Origin: Azolla caroliniana
Lineage: Eukaryota; Plantae; Polypodiophyta
Assembly: GCA_043228905.1 (NCBI GenBank)
Contig: JBHGNT010000012.1
Coordinates: forward strand, 15,624,001 to 15,688,000
Reading direction: 5' to 3'
DNA: 64,000 nt
A program made the translations under genes and the position numbers. Shown here in pieces: positions 60,566 to 64,000 of this stretch. Positions within the stretch are counted from its first letter, which is position 1. Every line of letters starts with the position of its first letter. The notes beneath the pieces were generated by a model. That model did no database searches, was not told where the DNA came from, and saw only the letters and a list, made by a program, of their open reading frames with translations.

Positions 60566-62350
60566 TAATTGTTCATTGTATGGTTACATTTAAATTTATT
60601 GGGGGATATTTATTTGTATAACATTAAAAATGTGATTTCACAAGTTCTACAACATATTCTACTAGGAATATAGCCAAATCAAATCTATCAGAACATGAAG
60701 TTTTCCTCATGGTTAGTTGCATATTCTTTGCGTTCATGTTGTATGTAATTGCTTAACAATGTCCATGTAATGTTCAAGATGTCCTCATGGAAGATTCAAA
60801 GTTAAGTTTGAAAGTTAATCTCCTTAAACAACACCCCTTAAAATACAAGAGAAATAGTATCCATCTCGTAGAAGATAATACAAATCATCTTTGTTTTCTC
60901 TTCCATAACCAAAAGCGTTTGTGTTAGCTTTTCTTTCTTGTGTCAAGGAATGCATTGTACCCCATAACATTTGAACTCTCAACGAACATTATCTTGTTGT
61001 TTGCTTATGTTTTGGTATCTTTGTTTAGAAATGTTAGTTGTTTATATAATTCCTCGATTTCTTACTTGTGAAAAATTAAAAAGTTATATTGTAGTTCCTA
61101 ATCTCTTTATAGTGAAAAGTTGCTTGGTTATGCAATTTTTCGATCTCTTTTTAGTTGAGATATTTGTTGGTTATTGCGAAGTAGCTCTTCCAATTCGGTT
61201 CATAATAGTCATTTGGTTTCTTTGGATTGAGGCGTGTTCACACTAATTGTTTGGTCCACGAGAGGCATTTTGATCATGATTCGAAGGGCCACCTTTCCAT
61301 AATGTTTTATTTGGTGGGCCATTTATTTTTATTTAGTGAGTTTGGGTGTTTTGCATTAGGAGGTTTCATATTATTTGCCACATTATGCCCATTGCCAACA
61401 TATTGTGAGTGAGTATATTCGTATAAATTTTTTAAGTTCATCTTCATCTCTATCCTCGTCTTTTTTTAAAAGATTTTATTAAGCATGGAATCTTTATTAC
61501 TTTTAGGGAAATCTGTTATTGTCATGTGAGAAATTCTTTAGTTAATATATGCCACTCAATAAAAACATAATATAAAAATGCAATATTTTCCCTCAAAGTT
61601 CATAAAAATTGTAATATGAGAATTTCTATACCAATATGTATACCACGAAACATCTCTTAGACATACTATATGTTCATAAAAGTAGGCTACGATCATTAAG
61701 CATTTTAGCCTCGGAATCAAAGCTCACAAAACTCGAGCTTTGTTTGTACTTATATGGGCTAAAATAGAACAATTTTGATGCCTTTTCTTTAAGCTATGAA
61801 AAACTCCAAGCATATCAATTAGCATGTGTTTTTAATTAGTTTGAAATCAAATGCTTCCACTAGGGGCAGGAAATACAAAATAACTTGCTTATTCTCTAGC
61901 TCATTGGTGTATTCATGTAAAGTAGAAAATTGAATTCAACACAACCTTGCCATATATCAATCTGCAAATGGTCAAAAAACGTTTGTCCATGAGTTTGCAA
62001 ATTGCAAGCAGAATTGTGAAGCCCTTAATTTTGCCCATATTCAAAATGCCAACCTTGTTTATGAGTTGGATGACATTGCTAAGTGGGGCAATAAACCATT
62101 GATGTGCCATATAACCATTGAAGGTCATCTTCACAAATTAAATTTGTACGAAAACCTTGCATAGTCATATCTAGCACCCATATTTGCAAGGTCAAATATG
62201 TGAACGTTTGAGAGGCATGTTGATGTCCGAAACCCATGGCACCCCAAAAGTATGTGTAACATCATAGAGTAGGTATTATAGACAAAACAATGTAGCATAA
62301 CAATTGTTCATGTAATTTACCTTCTCATAGGTTTGCATACACCTCAATGT

Positions 62351-62681
62351 TAGGAGTCTGCAATGGCTTGGCAATGCAAGGAGCTTGAACCAAGCCGATA
62401 AACCATTTTTAAATGGTTTCGCGGTTTCATGGTTCAATTCAATCCTCGGTTTGAGCTTGGTTTTTCATGGCTTTGGCCGAATCAAACAGTTTTGGGCTAA
62501 ACCAGTTAAGGCTAATGGGTTTGGCAAAAAGTGGGTTCTAAACCGGTGTAGGCTTAACCAATTTGGCTAAACTGCCAATTCAGTTCAAATTTGAAAATTG
62601 CCAATCTGGTCAAGGCTTAACTCGTTTGGTTTGGGCAATGCCAAACCGGTTAAGCCAAAACCAAACCATTGCCAATTCTTA
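62351..62681. mobile_element. hAT-like MITE
   Basis: Imperfect TIRs TAGGAGTCTGCAATGG / CCATTGCCAATTCTTA; 8-bp TSD CTCAATGT/CTCAATGC; AAACC/GGTTT-rich interior. Confidence 0.6.
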
Positions 62682-63128
62682 CTCAATGCCTAGATATCCA
62701 ATGATTCAACTTGTTCTTGTTTAAATGGGCTAAACAAAATTGACCATGAATTGGGCTTGTAACCTTTGAAGGTTGGGGCCTTTTTTGTACCTCTTCATGT
62801 TGATGATGCAACTAATGATTAAGCAACTAGACATGTAATTGGAGGAAAACAACTAATTAAGGCCACTTTTCCACCAAATAACCCTTGAACCAAGGATTTG
62901 AAATGAATCTTAAATACCATCATTGTCCCAAGCCACTAAATATTGCCTAACATGGCATCTTGGAAGTAATCAACACCATCATTATTGTAGCTTATCTATC
63001 AATGTTTAGCCTAGTGTGTTCGCTCGTACCGCTCAATTTCTTGGTTTCACCTATGACAACCAACCCAAATTGTATCCAATCCAGTGTAGTGTAGTTTTGT
63101 TTCATCATGCAAAGAAAGCCTAACCAAA

Positions 63129-63440
63129 ATATACTGCCTTTGGGCACTCTCTCTCACTCAATTTTTGGGTTCCATTTATTGCCAATTAACTAGTAAATTT
63201 GTAAAGTTGTATGTTTTAAACATAACTAGTAAATTTGTTTGCTCCTCCCCTTCTATAGTGAGTTTGGAGTAGTTTTGTTGATGACACCAACATATACTGC
63301 CTTTGGGCACTCTCTCTCACTCAATTTTTGGGTTCCATTTACTGCCAATTAACTAGTAAAGTTGTAAAGTTGTATGTTTTAAACATAACTAGTAAATTTG
63401 TTTGCTCCTCCCCTTCTAAAGTGAGTTTGGAGTAATGGTT
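63129..63440. repeat. ~163-bp tandem duplication
   Basis: ATATACTGCCTTTGGGCACTCTCTCTCACTC at ~63129 and ~63292. Confidence 0.88.
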
Positions 63441-64000
63441 TGCTATTATTTAAGTTTTAGCACCATGGATTGCTCTATTTTCTTGCAATGTTCTAGTACC
63501 CTTTCTTGCAATGGCATTAGCTTAAGAATGGTGAGATTACTTTATATGCCTAAAAAGATCTTAAGTCTTTGGATGATGGTTTGTTTCCTTCCCTACAATG
63601 ATAGTGAAGAGGTAAACACCATAGGTTCATTAATAGCCCTTTGTCACTAGCAAAAAACATAACATCCATCAATATATCTTTGCACGCCGTATCGTGATTT
63701 TGCTGTCACTACAACATCATCACCATTTGTATCCCATACCACCTACTATTAACTTATTTTATACCTTTATGGTTGCCTTGAGCAGATCCAAAAGAAAGAG
63801 AGCTAGTTCCCTTCATATATCTTGACACCTTAGGCTCTCAATCTTCTCACATGTCATGGCTCCATATGGGTTTGTCACAAATCCTAAAATAATTGGTTTC
63901 CCACTTATCTTACGCTTCAAACCACTAAAATTAGCTTTAGAATCAGTTTTAAGTTTATGACTATAACGCTCAACATTGATGATGCCATTCGAGGCAAAAT

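Noticed and set aside
60900-64000. Short ORFs as exons of a further gene
   Set aside because: AT-rich, with no recognisable motifs or supportable splice structure.

Overview
Eukaryotic nuclear DNA, most likely from a seed-free land plant such as a fern or lycophyte. This is an inference from the plant-type Copia/Gypsy elements, a plant-like 18S fragment and an HCCS gene. Bases 1-47.7 kb are a nested stack of decayed LTR retrotransposons: tRNA-Met-primed Copia elements, a tRNA-Trp-primed Gypsy lineage with its solo LTRs and gag-only derivatives, and a tRNA-Arg-primed Athila/Tat-like Gypsy. Bases 48-64 kb hold two intronless genes (holocytochrome c synthase and a coiled-coil RING-HC protein), a cluster of LINE fragments, SINE-like sequences and a MITE. 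The most unusual observations are: (1) tRNA-like A-box/B-box cassettes in the U3 of several different LTR families, always divergent from the LTR TATA box; (2) a Gypsy element with a second, inverted tRNA-Arg primer site where its polypurine tract should be; (3) an LTR carrying the 5' end of 18S rRNA; (4) 4-bp, CpG-centred target sites at all six readable insertion sites of the Trp-primed lineage; (5) a gag-only element with five LTR copies; (6) a System III HCCS gene in a plant. All coordinates and comparisons were made by eye, with no database searches.
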